DNA of 25,505 nucleotides, from assembly GCA_048772705.1 (NCBI GenBank), contig JBLWGC010000142.1, positions 1-25,505 of the forward strand, given 5' to 3'. A program made the position numbers and the translations under genes. How positions within the stretch are numbered: the stretch's first letter is position 1; each line of letters begins with the position of its first letter. Below, piece by piece: positions 1 to 8,430 of the stretch. The DNA is from Leidyana gryllorum EB-2025a (lineage: Eukaryota > Protista > Apicomplexa). A model generated the notes under the pieces. It made no database searches, was not told the origin of the DNA, and worked only from the letters and a program-made list of their open reading frames with translations.

Positions 1-60
1 GCACCCTTCACAGGTCGTAACTCTGTGTCTAAATACCGGCCGGTGCCGTCGGACGAAGTT

Positions 61-133
61 TGGACGACCTGGGCATCGATCCCAGTACCTCTCGCATGCT
101 AAGCGAGCGCTCTAACATTTGAGCTAGTCGCCC
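61..133 (-). tRNA. trnA: tRNA-Ala(AGC), D-loop variant
   Basis: GGGCGAC/GTCGTCC acceptor with G3:U70, CTCGC-TTAGCAT-GCGAG arm; D-loop GG changed to GT. Confidence 0.85.
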
Positions 134-285
134 GTTGTACAGACCGCATCGCATTTCTTGGTTCTCGACATAGTATGACCACTCTCTCGACTGCATCCAA
201 CGGATTGCACCACCATTGCTTCTTGACCCAACCTGCCTGGCAGCATGGTTCCGGGTTCGGGTGATTCCTCGGAGAAAGTCGGAGG

Positions 286-358
286 GGGAGTGTAGCGCAG
301 TTGGTAGCGCGTAGGTCTCATAATCCTGAAGTCGAGAGCTCGATCCTCTCCACTCCCA
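286..358 (+). tRNA. trnM: tRNA-Met(CAT) elongator, T54C variant
   Basis: GGGAGTG/CACTCCC acceptor, CTCATAA loop; T-loop CTCGATC. Confidence 0.85.
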
Positions 359-416
359 CGGTCGGAATCGGAACCGCTGACAAACTCATCATGCTATCAT
401 TCTGAAAGTTGCGAGC

Positions 417-489
417 TACAGCCACCGAGGATCGAACTCGGGACCTTCTGCGTGTGAAGCAGACGTCGTGACCACTAGACCATGGCTGC
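417..489 (-). tRNA. trnV: tRNA-Val(CAC)
   Basis: Full cloverleaf, TCTGC-TTCACAC-GCAGA. Confidence 0.92.
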
Positions 490-552
490 AGCGAAGGTCC
501 CGCAGACCACGAGAAGTGGCCAGGTTTTACGAAGTAGTGAGGACCAGTTCCA

Positions 553-624
553 AGGTCGCGCCGGGAATCGAACCCAGGTCGGGAGATTCAGAGTCTCCAG
601 TGCTAACCACTACACCACGCAACC
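553..624 (-). tRNA. trnQ: tRNA-Gln(CTG)
   Basis: Full cloverleaf, GGAGA-CTCTGAA-TCTCC. Confidence 0.92.
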
Positions 625-797
625 GGTTCAGCCCATCCCAGAAGAGTCTGCTGAATTATCCGTACTAGCGCTTCCTCAACTCGCTCACGCAACACGGGTC
701 TCTCTACAGACCGCTGAAATGTTTTAGGTGGCTCCTGTCTATAGCGCCCAGCGTAGACGTTGGATTTGGGTCGGACAGAAAGCTCACTTCAATCATT

Positions 798-855
798 GCA
801 TGTAGAACGTGTCGTTGCCACCGAGACGACCCAGATTCAATTCCCGGCAGATGCA
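798..855 (+). pseudogene. tRNA-Gly(GCC) pseudogene, D-arm deleted
   Basis: Matches the Gly gene at 10258 with a 5' internal deletion and mismatches. Confidence 0.7.
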
Positions 856-1010
856 GAAGCCACGCCTTATACCGGTGTGGCAAATTGCCAGCGAGTCAGA
901 CATATTACTGACAAGCTCGGTCGGCACGAGCCAGGCGCATTCTGACACTGGATGTAACAATCCCCTCAGATGAATTCGAATATGAGTGACGCGGTGGCAC
1001 GGCGTTGATT

Positions 1011-1084
1011 GCTCCCCTAGCTCAGCTGGTTAGAGCATCGGCCTTATGTGCCGAAGGTCGAGGGTTCGATCCCCCCGGGGAGCA
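1011..1084 (+). tRNA. trnI: tRNA-Ile(TAT), intronless
   Basis: GCTCCCC/GGGGAGC acceptor, TCGGC-CTTATGT-GCCGA. Confidence 0.9.
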
Positions 1085-1149
1085 AATCAATTCAATGACA
1101 GCCGAACGAGACCACCGAGTGCATAGCAGAGTATCCTCCTGCGGACACT

Positions 1150-1221
1150 TGACAGTGCGTCGTGCCGATCGACGGACCTTGCAGTCATAAGCCCAACACT
1201 CTCGCACTGAGTTCCACTACT
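1150..1221 (-). pseudogene. Initiator tRNA-Met pseudogene
   Basis: Decayed copy of 9487-9558. Confidence 0.7.
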
Positions 1222-1318
1222 CCAGCGTCGGATATCATGAAGGAAGCGTAAATGTGGTTCTTGAGATGCGGACTGATTTGACAGCTATGAGTGCCGTCGC
1301 CAGGCAGGCCGACTGGGG

Positions 1319-1361
1319 GGTTGTTTGGTCTGAAGGTATGATTTTTCCTCGTTTGGAAGAA
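1319..1361 (+). pseudogene. tRNA-Pro 5' fragment
   Basis: TGTTTGGTCT..GGTATGATT..GGAAGAA resembles the Pro 5' half. Confidence 0.55.
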
Positions 1362-1409
1362 CATTGCTACTGGGTCGTGTAGCACCGACAGCTGCCGCCC
1401 TACTGAGTT

Positions 1410-1487
1410 TGGACGACCTGGGTATCGATCCCAGTACCTCTCGCATGCAATGCAAAGCGGGCGCTCTACCATCTGAGCTAGCCGCCC
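1410..1487 (-). tRNA. trnA: tRNA-Ala(TGC) with a 5-nt duplication in the anticodon loop (probably non-functional)
   Basis: 78 nt; loop reads TTTGCA-TTGCA-T; one anticodon-stem mismatch. Confidence 0.7.
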
Positions 1488-1547
1488 ATCCGCTGTACAT
1501 GGAAAACCTATTGCATCCAGTGGCTCACCGAGTGCCAATACCACGGC

Positions 1548-1627
1548 GAATAAGAGTGGGATTCGAACCCACGCCCATTCGGACTGCGGCCTTAACACAG
1601 CGCCTTGGACCACTCGGCCATCTTGCC
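1548..1627 (-). pseudogene. tRNA-Leu(AAG), acceptor 3' strand damaged
   Basis: Body as Leu at 24237 with TTAAGGC loop; 3' end TCTTATTC. Confidence 0.75.
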
Positions 1628-1729
1628 GGAGCGCGCTTGGCTCGCCACTTTACACGCTTTCTGTCTGTGAAGTTCTCGAAAAGAAAGCGTTTCCTCGCTT
1701 TAGGTGGAGCTCACTTCACATGTTCGAGC

Positions 1730-1802
1730 TACAGCCACCGAGGATCGAACTCGGGACCTTCTGCGTGTTAAGCAGACGTCGTAACCACTAGACCATGGCT
1801 GC
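1730..1802 (-). tRNA. trnV: tRNA-Val(AAC)
   Basis: Full cloverleaf, TTAACAC loop. Confidence 0.92.
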
Positions 1803-1835
1803 ACGAATGCTTTCCGCAGACCAAGAGAAGTTGCG

Positions 1836-1907
1836 AGGTCGCGCCGGAAATCGAACCCAGGTCGGGAGATTCAAAGTCTCCAGTGCTAACCACTACACCA
1901 CGCAACC
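1836..1907 (-). tRNA. trnQ: tRNA-Gln(TTG), chimeric junction copy, C61T
   Basis: CTTTGAA loop; B-box GTTCGATTT. Confidence 0.8.
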
Positions 1908-2080
1908 GGTTCAGCCCATCCCAGAAGAGTCTGCTGAATTATCCGTACTAGCGCTTCCTCAACTCGCTCACGCAACACGGGTCTCTCTACAGACCGCTGA
2001 AATGTTTTAGGTGGCTCCTGTCTATAGCGCCCAGCGTAGACGTTGGATTTGGGTCGGACAGAAAGCTCACTTCAATCATT

Positions 2081-2138
2081 GCATGTAGAACGTGTCGTTG
2101 CCACCGAGACGACCCAGATTCAATTCCCGGCAGATGCA
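2081..2138 (+). pseudogene. tRNA-Gly(GCC) pseudogene
   Basis: Duplicate of 798-855. Confidence 0.7.
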
Positions 2139-2293
2139 GAAGCCACGCCTTATACCGGTGTGGCAAATTGCCAGCGAGTCAGACATATTACTGACAAGCT
2201 CGGTCGGCACGAGCCAGGCGCATTCTGACACTGGATGTAACAATCCCCTCAGATGAATTCGAATATGAGTGACGCGGTGGCACGGCGTTGATT

Positions 2294-2367
2294 GCTCCCC
2301 TAGCTCAGCTGGTTAGAGCATCGGCCTTATGTGCCGAAGGTCGAGGGTTCGATCCCCCCGGGGAGCA
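2294..2367 (+). tRNA. trnI: tRNA-Ile(TAT)
   Basis: Duplicate of 1011-1084. Confidence 0.9.
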
Positions 2368-2432
2368 AATCAATTCAATGACAGCCGAACGAGACCACCG
2401 AGTGCATAGCAGAGTATCCTCCTGCGGACACT

Positions 2433-2504
2433 TGACAGTGCGTCGTGCCGATCGACGGACCTTGCAGTCATAAGCCCAACACTCTCGCACTGAGTTCCAC
2501 TACT
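2433..2504 (-). pseudogene. Initiator tRNA-Met pseudogene
   Basis: Duplicate of 1150-1221. Confidence 0.7.
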
Positions 2505-2601
2505 CCAGCGTCGGATATCATGAAGGAAGCGTAAATGTGGTTCTTGAGATGCGGACTGATTTGACAGCTATGAGTGCCGTCGCCAGGCAGGCCGACTGGG
2601 G

Positions 2602-2644
2602 GGTTGTTTGGTCTGAAGGTATGATTTTTCCTCGTTTGGAAGAA
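2602..2644 (+). pseudogene. tRNA-Pro 5' fragment
   Basis: Duplicate of 1319-1361. Confidence 0.55.
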
Positions 2645-2692
2645 CATTGCTACTGGGTCGTGTAGCACCGACAGCTGCCGCCCTACTGAGTT

Positions 2693-2770
2693 TGGACGAC
2701 CTGGGTATCGATCCCAGTACCTCTCGCATGCAATGCAAAGCGGGCGCTCTACCATCTGAGCTAGCCGCCC
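2693..2770 (-). tRNA. trnA: tRNA-Ala(TGC) with 5-nt loop duplication
   Basis: Duplicate of 1410-1487. Confidence 0.7.
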
Positions 2771-2830
2771 ATCCGCTGTACATGGAAAACCTATTGCATC
2801 CAGTGGCTCACCGAGTGCCAATACCACGGC

Positions 2831-2910
2831 GAATAAGAGTGGGATTCGAACCCACGCCCATTCGGACTGCGGCCTTAACACAGCGCCTTGGACCACTCGG
2901 CCATCTTGCC
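2831..2910 (-). pseudogene. tRNA-Leu(AAG), damaged acceptor
   Basis: Duplicate of 1548-1627. Confidence 0.75.
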
Positions 2911-3012
2911 GGAGCGCCCTTGGCTCGCCACTTTACACGCTTTCTGTCTGTGAAGTTCTCGAAAAGAAAGCGTTTCCTCGCTTTAGGTGGAGCTCACTTC
3001 ACATGTTCGAGC

Positions 3013-3085
3013 TACAGCCACCGAGGATCGAACTCGGGACCTTCTGCGTGTTAAGCAGACGTCGTAACCACTAGACCATGGCTGC
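3013..3085 (-). tRNA. trnV: tRNA-Val(AAC)
   Basis: Duplicate of 1730-1802. Confidence 0.92.
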
Positions 3086-3118
3086 ACGAATGCTTTCCGC
3101 AGACCAAGAGAAGTTGCG

Positions 3119-3190
3119 AGGTCGCGCCGGAAATCGAACCCAGGTCGGGAGATTCAAAGTCTCCAGTGCTAACCACTACACCACGGAACC
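3119..3190 (-). tRNA. trnQ: tRNA-Gln(TTG) variant
   Basis: CTTTGAA loop; C61T and an acceptor mismatch. Confidence 0.78.
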
Positions 3191-3361
3191 ATTCGCGACC
3201 AAGATTCAAAAGAGTGAATGAAGCCATTGGGACTGGTAATAAATCCGGTCAAGAGCTCGAATGTTTCCGTGCCATTGAGACGACCCGCGCTCGATACGAG
3301 GCGGCTTCAAATCTGGGTAAGTGCACGAGGAGTTTCTCGGCGGTTCGAACTCGACGGAGCG

Positions 3362-3434
3362 TGGGAGTGGAGAGGATCGAACTCTCGACTTCAGGATTAT
3401 GAGACCTACGCGCTACCGACTGCGCTACACTCCC
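3362..3434 (-). tRNA. trnM: tRNA-Met(CAT) elongator
   Basis: Identical to 15901-15973. Confidence 0.93.
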
Positions 3435-3542
3435 CCTCCGACTTTCTCCGAGGAAATTACCCGAATCCAGAAGCATGCTGACAGGCATGCTCCTGTTGGA
3501 TCCCATCCCAAGTGACCTTGACTACCTTTATAGCCTCACCTT

Positions 3543-3614
3543 GTCCGAGTCGTCTAGCGGTTAGGACAGCATGTTGTGGCCGTGCAAACCCAGGCTCGAT
3601 TCCTGGCTCGGACA
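3543..3614 (+). tRNA. trnH: tRNA-His(GTG)
   Basis: GTCCGAG/CTCGGAC acceptor, TTGTGGC loop, A73, G-1 not encoded; C at position 54. Confidence 0.85.
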
Positions 3615-3689
3615 AGCAGTCTAAAGTGCATTGCTGTTCGCCCCGGTTGAAAATATTGTTGCAGCCATGGTCAAGTCTGTAAGATCGGC

Positions 3690-3760
3690 TGCACCTGCCG
3701 GGACTCGAACGCGGGCTGCGAGCATGGGAAGCTCGCATCCTACCCTTGGACCACAAGTGC
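3690..3760 (-). tRNA. trnG: tRNA-Gly(CCC)
   Basis: CGAGC-TTCCCAT-GCTCG; one T-stem mismatch. Confidence 0.85.
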
Positions 3761-3929
3761 ACTCGAGAAAGAGCTTCAGCACCCCGAGACTCGGCCGCAG
3801 TCTGCGTTGAGCTAGTGGGTGCCTCAGGTACTGGCAGGTTCCAGTCTGCGACGCTGAACTACGAGGCTCGGCTAAGATGATTGGAGCTTGAGAGACTTAA
3901 GCTTTGCAGGTGCCCAGTCGATGCAGTCA

Positions 3930-4001
3930 AGCCTTCTGCCGGAATCGAACCGGCGACCTTGCGCTTACTGAGCGAATGCTCTGCCCCTAAGCTAGCAAGG
4001 C
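3930..4001 (-). pseudogene. tRNA-Thr(AGT), degenerate
   Basis: Copy of 9608 with U33C and stem mismatches. Confidence 0.75.
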
Positions 4002-4089
4002 AATGCAAGCCGAAGATCACGAATCAGACACTATCGACGGAGATTGCTGGGCACTTTGCTCAAGTATTCCACTGACTTCAACCACTGAC

Positions 4090-4160
4090 TTCCACTGCCG
4101 GACTTGAGCCCGGAGCTTGCGGGTGAGGCCGCATATCCTAGCCACTCAGACTACAGTCGG
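4090..4160 (-). pseudogene. tRNA-Glu pseudogene
   Basis: Glu body with deletions in the T-arm and anticodon arm. Confidence 0.7.
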
Positions 4161-4220
4161 CAACATTCCTCAGCGAAGCTAGTCAGCCAAATCATCGAAG
4201 TAAAGTGCTGAGCATTTGGC

Positions 4221-4293
4221 TACCTACGGCGAGACTCGAACTCGCAACCTTTGGATTAGAAGTCCAACGCGCTATCCATTGCGCCACGTAGGC
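4221..4293 (-). tRNA. trnR: tRNA-Arg(TCT), intronless
   Basis: Full cloverleaf, TTGGA-CTTCTAA-TCCAA. Confidence 0.93.
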
Positions 4294-4375
4294 CGAGGCT
4301 CTTCGACAAGATTGAAATAACAACATTCACATTTTTGGACCACACCCTGAAATAGGTCTTCCATGTTGTACGCAT

Positions 4376-4448
4376 GGGCGGTTTGATCAGATGGTGGAGC
4401 GCTCGCATCGCATGCGAGAGGCACTGGGATCGACAGCCAGGTCGTCCA
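4376..4448 (+). pseudogene. tRNA-Ala(CGC), degenerate
   Basis: Ala body, ATCGCAT loop, damaged A and B boxes. Confidence 0.72.
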
Positions 4449-4525
4449 AACTCCATGCAACTTTGGCTGCAGAGAAACGGCTGGAGTGTTTCATCCAGTG
4501 GCTGACCGAGTGCCGATACCATGGC

Positions 4526-4608
4526 TGACAAGACTGGGATTCGAAGCCACGGGGCCCGTTCAAACTGCGACCTGCACACAGGGCCTTCGAGCACTCGGCC
4601 ATCTTGCT
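4526..4608 (-). pseudogene. tRNA-Leu pseudogene
   Basis: Decayed copy of the Leu(CAG) body. Confidence 0.68.
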
Positions 4609-4694
4609 TGTTGGCTCGCCCTTCCACGCGTTTCCTGTACTTGGAATCTCAAAATGGAAGAACTTCTGGGGTTGGGGGCGGCGTATCCAGAGCG

Positions 4695-4765
4695 TCCGGG
4701 ATAGTATAGCGGTTAGGATTTCCGCCTATCACGCGGAAGACCAGGGTCGATTCCCGGTCTCGGGG
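4695..4765 (+). pseudogene. tRNA-Asp pseudogene (ATC anticodon)
   Basis: Asp body, CTATCAC loop, T-loop deletion. Confidence 0.72.
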
Positions 4766-4820
4766 GACAGTTTGTTGCGCTTAGGATTGTTTCCTTTGGA
4801 TCTCGCTGAAAGTTGCGAGC

Positions 4821-4893
4821 TACAGCCACCGAGGATCGAACTCGGGACCTTCTGCGTGTTAAGCAGACGTCGTAACGACTAGACCATGGCTGT
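4821..4893 (-). tRNA. trnV: tRNA-Val(AAC) variant
   Basis: Val body; G1A and a D-loop change. Confidence 0.8.
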
Positions 4894-5078
4894 ACGGAGC
4901 TTCGTGAAAGTGACGTATGTCTTTCGAATCACGTGTCCGATGAGCCTGGTTCTATGAACCGGTCTGTATCCTCACAGAATTCGGACGGCCTGTAGTAGCT
5001 CATTTAGAGAACATCTAACGCTCCTGTTACATTTCATCCTGATTGATGCCCCATTGCCTTGAAAGCTACTTGCAGATT

Positions 5079-5150
5079 TTCCGAGTCGTCTAGTGGTTGG
5101 AACAGCCAGTTGTGGCCGTGCGAAGCCAGTCTCGATTCCCTGCTCGGCCA
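5079..5150 (+). pseudogene. tRNA-His(GTG) pseudogene
   Basis: Decayed copy of 3543. Confidence 0.7.
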
Positions 5151-5222
5151 ATATGTCTTCGGTGTCTCTAATGGAACTCTCTCTTGATGGTTATACACTT
5201 TCATTCGACGGCTCCGTTGATT

Positions 5223-5295
5223 GGCGCTATGGCCTAATGGATATGGCATCGGTCTACGGAACCGGGGATTCTGGGTTCGAGTCCCAGTAGCGTCT
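5223..5295 (+). tRNA. trnR: tRNA-Arg(ACG)
   Basis: GGCGCTA/TAGCGTC acceptor, CTACGGA loop. Confidence 0.9.
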
Positions 5296-5440
5296 GGGCG
5301 ACTGGTCGGGTTCCAGCCCCTCACGATTGCTCCACGATTGCTGCAACTCAGTTTTTGTCTCAGCTGGCTTCCTTGTTGTGGATACAGCATCCCCGTGCAC
5401 CCTTTTGACAGGAGGAGATGCATCGAGAGAAGTTCCACTA

Positions 5441-5513
5441 GGGAGTGTATTGCAGCCGGTAGCGCGTAGGTCTCATAATCCTGAAGTCGAGAGTTCGATC
5501 CTCTCCACTCCCA
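5441..5513 (+). tRNA. trnM: tRNA-Met(CAT), D-stem mutated
   Basis: Met body with TATTGCAGCC in the A-box region. Confidence 0.75.
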
Positions 5514-5557
5514 CGGTCGGAATCGAAACCGCCGACCAACTCATCATGCTATCATTT

Positions 5558-5628
5558 TGCATCTGTCGGGAATCGCACACGGGTTATCTCGATGGCAGCG
5601 AGCGACTCTTCCACTGGACCACAGATGC
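5558..5628 (-). pseudogene. tRNA-Gly(GCC) pseudogene
   Basis: Decayed Gly; T-loop lost. Confidence 0.7.
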
Positions 5629-5694
5629 AGAACACGATCTTGTGAATTTTGTACGTGGTGACAGCCATTCCTTATAAGCCTATCGATGCATCAA

Positions 5695-5766
5695 AGCCTT
5701 CTGCCTGAATCGAACCGGCGACTTCTCGCTTACGAAGCGAACGCTCTGCCCCTTAGCTAAGAAGGC
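5695..5766 (-). tRNA. trnT: tRNA-Thr(CGT) variant
   Basis: TTCGTAA loop; two changes vs 15462. Confidence 0.82.
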
Positions 5767-5871
5767 AACTTAGCTGGAGAATCATGTGTCAGTTGTATCG
5801 ACAAAAGTTAGCCGGGCGCCCGTGGCCGGGCATGCTGGGATGAAGTCGCAGGTTATCCTGACTACAACGGC

Positions 5872-5951
5872 TGACAAGAGTGGGATTCGAACCCACGCCC
5901 TTTCGGACTGCGGCCTGAACACAGCGCCTCAGACCACTCGGCCATCTTGCC
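5872..5951 (-). tRNA. trnL: tRNA-Leu(CAG)
   Basis: 80 nt with long variable arm, TTCAGGC loop. Confidence 0.9.
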
Positions 5952-6045
5952 GGAATGTTGTTGGCTCGCCGCTCAACGCGTTTTCTGTTCTTGGATTCTG
6001 GATATGGAAAGACTTTTAGAGTTGGATGCCGGCGTGTTCAGAGCG

Positions 6046-6116
6046 TCCGAGATAGTATAGCGGTTAGGATTCCGTCTGTCACGCGGAAGACCCGGGTTCG
6101 ATTCCCGGTCTCGGAG
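6046..6116 (+). tRNA. trnD: tRNA-Asp(GTC) variant with 1-nt deletion
   Basis: TCCGAGA/TCTCGGA acceptor, CTGTCAC loop. Confidence 0.78.
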
Positions 6117-6171
6117 CACAGTTGATTTCGCTTAAGATTCTTCCCTTTGGTTCCCGCTGAAAGTTGCGAGC

Positions 6172-6244
6172 TACAGCGAGCGAGGATCGAACTCGGGACC
6201 CTCTGCGTGTGAAGCAGACGTCATGACCACTGAACCATGGCTGC
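6172..6244 (-). pseudogene. tRNA-Val(CAC), degenerate
   Basis: Acceptor and D-arm mismatches. Confidence 0.72.
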
Positions 6245-6307
6245 AGCGAAGGGCCCGCAGACCAAGAGAAGTGGCGAGGTTTTACGAAGTAGTGAGGACT
6301 AGTGTTG

Positions 6308-6379
6308 AGGTCGCGCCGGGAATCGAACCCAGGTCGGGAGATTCAGAGTCTCCAGTGCTAACCACTACACCACGCAACC
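6308..6379 (-). tRNA. trnQ: tRNA-Gln(CTG)
   Basis: Identical to 553-624. Confidence 0.92.
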
Positions 6380-6492
6380 CATTCAGTCCTTCCCAAAAAG
6401 GAGTTGGTAGAGCCATCGGACTAGCGCTGTAGGTCATCAGGTTACGTGTTTCCAGAGACACACGCCTTTTTTCCCAGCCCGACAAGCTCCGT

Positions 6493-6564
6493 GCAGTCAT
6501 GGTCAGTGATCACGACGTCTGCTTCACACGCAGAAGTTCCCGAGTTTGATCCTCGGTGGCTGTA
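6493..6564 (+). pseudogene. tRNA-Val(CAC), degenerate
   Basis: T-loop TTTGATC and D-arm deletion. Confidence 0.72.
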
Positions 6565-6619
6565 GCTCGCAACTTTCAGCGAGGACCAAAGGAAACAATC
6601 CTAAGCGCAACCAAGTGTG

Positions 6620-6680
6620 CTCCGAGACCGGGAAGCGACCCTGGTCTTCTGCGTGATAGGCGGAAATACTAACCGCTATA
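6620..6680 (-). pseudogene. tRNA-Asp (ATC), 5'-truncated pseudogene
   Basis: Shares lesions with 4695-4765. Confidence 0.68.
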
Positions 6681-6773
6681 GAGACCGCGGGTTCGGGCAG
6701 CGCGACCGGTCCGAGTCAAGCTTGCTGAACCGTATGTGAAGCCACTGTCTGCGGGATGCCGAGCTTGACCGTT

Positions 6774-6855
6774 GGCAACTTGCCCTAGTGGTTAAGGGCG
6801 TAGACTTGAAATCTACTGGGCCTGGCCCGCGCTGGTTCAAATCCAGCAGTTGTCG
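6774..6855 (+). tRNA. trnS: tRNA-Ser(TGA)
   Basis: 82 nt, long variable arm GGGC-CTG-GCCC, CTTGAAA loop, G73. Confidence 0.88.
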
Positions 6856-6919
6856 TGCGATGTGATCGGAGGGTCAAACACCAACTCACGCATAAAACTC
6901 AACCATGTGCTATCTCCTC

Positions 6920-6990
6920 TGCATCTGCCCGGAATCGAACCCGGGTCGTCTCGATGGCAACGAGACATTTTGTCACTTGACCACAGATGC
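6920..6990 (-). tRNA. trnG: tRNA-Gly(GCC), D-loop and T-stem mutated
   Basis: Gly body with several substitutions. Confidence 0.7.
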
Positions 6991-7086
6991 GTAACACCTT
7001 GTTGTTGAAGCTCGTACACAATAACGGCCGTTTTGCTTCGAATGAGAAGACAGGGTCAAGTTGAGCGAGTATGAGAGACGCCTAGT

Positions 7087-7158
7087 CAGTACGTAACTCA
7101 GTGGTAGAGCAGTTGACTGCAGATCAGCAAGTCCGTGATTCAACTTCGCGCGTGCGCT
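7087..7158 (+). pseudogene. tRNA-Cys(GCA), degenerate
   Basis: Decayed copy of 24608-24679. Confidence 0.72.
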
Positions 7159-7288
7159 GAAGTTGAGCTGAAACGCTGGAAGATGTTAGACCAACATTTC
7201 TGACCACAGTGGGTTGCAGAATCCTGCGGTAATGTGGGGCCAACTTACGCATGAATTGTGGAATGGTGAAAAACAAGCACGTTTCCTC

Positions 7289-7359
7289 TGCATCTGCCGG
7301 GAACCGAACCCGGGTCGTCTCGATGGCAACGAGACATTCTACCACTAGACCACAGATGC
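7289..7359 (-). tRNA. trnG: tRNA-Gly(GCC), A58G variant
   Basis: Full cloverleaf with one T-loop change. Confidence 0.85.
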
Positions 7360-7472
7360 GTAATAACTTGTTGCGCTAGTCGCTCAGTGTGCAGACGCCA
7401 CAGCATTTCGTGATTCTTCATAGCATGGCCACTCTCTCGACTGTGCTGAGCGAGTTGCACCACCATCCGTTC

Positions 7473-7532
7473 GGCTGTTTGGTCTAGTAGTATGTTCCTT
7501 CCGGAGTCTGGGTTCGATTCCCAGAACAGCAC
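7473..7532 (+). pseudogene. tRNA-Pro pseudogene, anticodon arm deleted
   Basis: Pro 5' and 3' ends joined. Confidence 0.7.
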
Positions 7533-7680
7533 GTCTTACAATAGTTGTCTCACTCCGCGTCTCTCCAAGGTCGGCTAAGATATGCGGCTCTCACTCATAC
7601 AATCCGGCATGAAGTCTAGACAGCTGAGACAAAATCTGATTTGCTTCAGTTGTGAGGGGCTAAAACCCGACCACTCGCCC

Positions 7681-7753
7681 AGACGCTACTGGGACTCGAG
7701 CCCACAATCCTCAGTTCCGTGGACCGACGCCACATCCATTCGGCCATACCGGG
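7681..7753 (-). pseudogene. tRNA-Arg(ACG) pseudogene
   Basis: Decayed copy of 5223. Confidence 0.7.
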
Positions 7754-7830
7754 GGCGTCAAATGAGAGTGTGTTGCGATCAAGCGTTGTCGATCCGGCAA
7801 GAGTTCCCATCCGAGACTTCAGAGACATAC

Positions 7831-7902
7831 TGTCCGAGCCAGGGATCGGGCCTGGGTATGCACGGCCACAACTTGCTCTTGTAAGCACTAGACGACCCGG
7901 AC
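7831..7902 (-). pseudogene. tRNA-His(GTG) pseudogene
   Basis: Decayed copy of 3543. Confidence 0.7.
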
Positions 7903-7978
7903 AATCTTCAAGTGAGGCTGGTGGGTACCAAAGCCACTTTAGATGTCAGGCTGTCGGGTTTTGTGTCCTTACTTTCCT

Positions 7979-8051
7979 GCCGCCCTAGCTCAGTCGGTAG
8001 AGCGCAAGACTCTTAATCTTGCAGTCGCGGGTTCGAGCCCCGCGGGCGGTG
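7979..8051 (+). tRNA. trnK: tRNA-Lys(CTT)
   Basis: Full cloverleaf, CAAGA-CTCTTAA-TCTTG. Confidence 0.94.
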
Positions 8052-8111
8052 CGGATCTATATCCCTGGAAATAAGAATGGAACTGTTGCCTGCAAGCACA
8101 CTCAGCTGGAT

Positions 8112-8184
8112 TTCCACTGCCGGGACTTGAACCCGGATCGTGCGGGTGAGAGCCGCATATCCTAGCCACTTAGACTACAGTGGA
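8112..8184 (-). tRNA. trnE: tRNA-Glu(CTC)
   Basis: TCCACTG/CAGTGGA acceptor, CTCTCAC loop. Confidence 0.93.
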
Positions 8185-8271
8185 CCACTCCTTCAGCTGC
8201 AGTTTTAGCTCTAGCGGAGAGCCGTACCCTCTTGACAAGACGTGTTTTGCCGAGTTAGCCAACAAGAAAGC

Positions 8272-8343
8272 GGGCTGTTCTGGGAATCGAACCCAGGACT
8301 TCTTCCACCCGAAGGAAGAATCATACCACTAGACCAAACAGCC
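8272..8343 (-). tRNA. trnP: tRNA-Pro(CGG)
   Basis: CTTCC-TTCGGGT-GGAAG, C73. Confidence 0.93.
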
Positions 8344-8430
8344 GCCTGTCGGTCGTGCAACCGCTGAGTACAGTCGAGAGAGTGGTCATACGATGTTGAG
8401 AACAAAAAAATGCGATGGGGTCTGCAGCAA

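Larger units (their letters stand above)
592..3185 (+). repeat. Near-perfect tandem duplication with a 1283-bp period
   Basis: 592-1902 matches 1875-3185; one difference seen (1635 G vs 2918 C); ORF track repeats at +1283. Confidence 0.95.

Noticed and set aside
6774-6855. Selenocysteine or stop-suppressor tRNA
   Set aside because: Anticodon TGA reads the Ser codon UCA and the body equals Ser(AGA). No TCA, CTA or TTA anticodon was seen in a credible gene.
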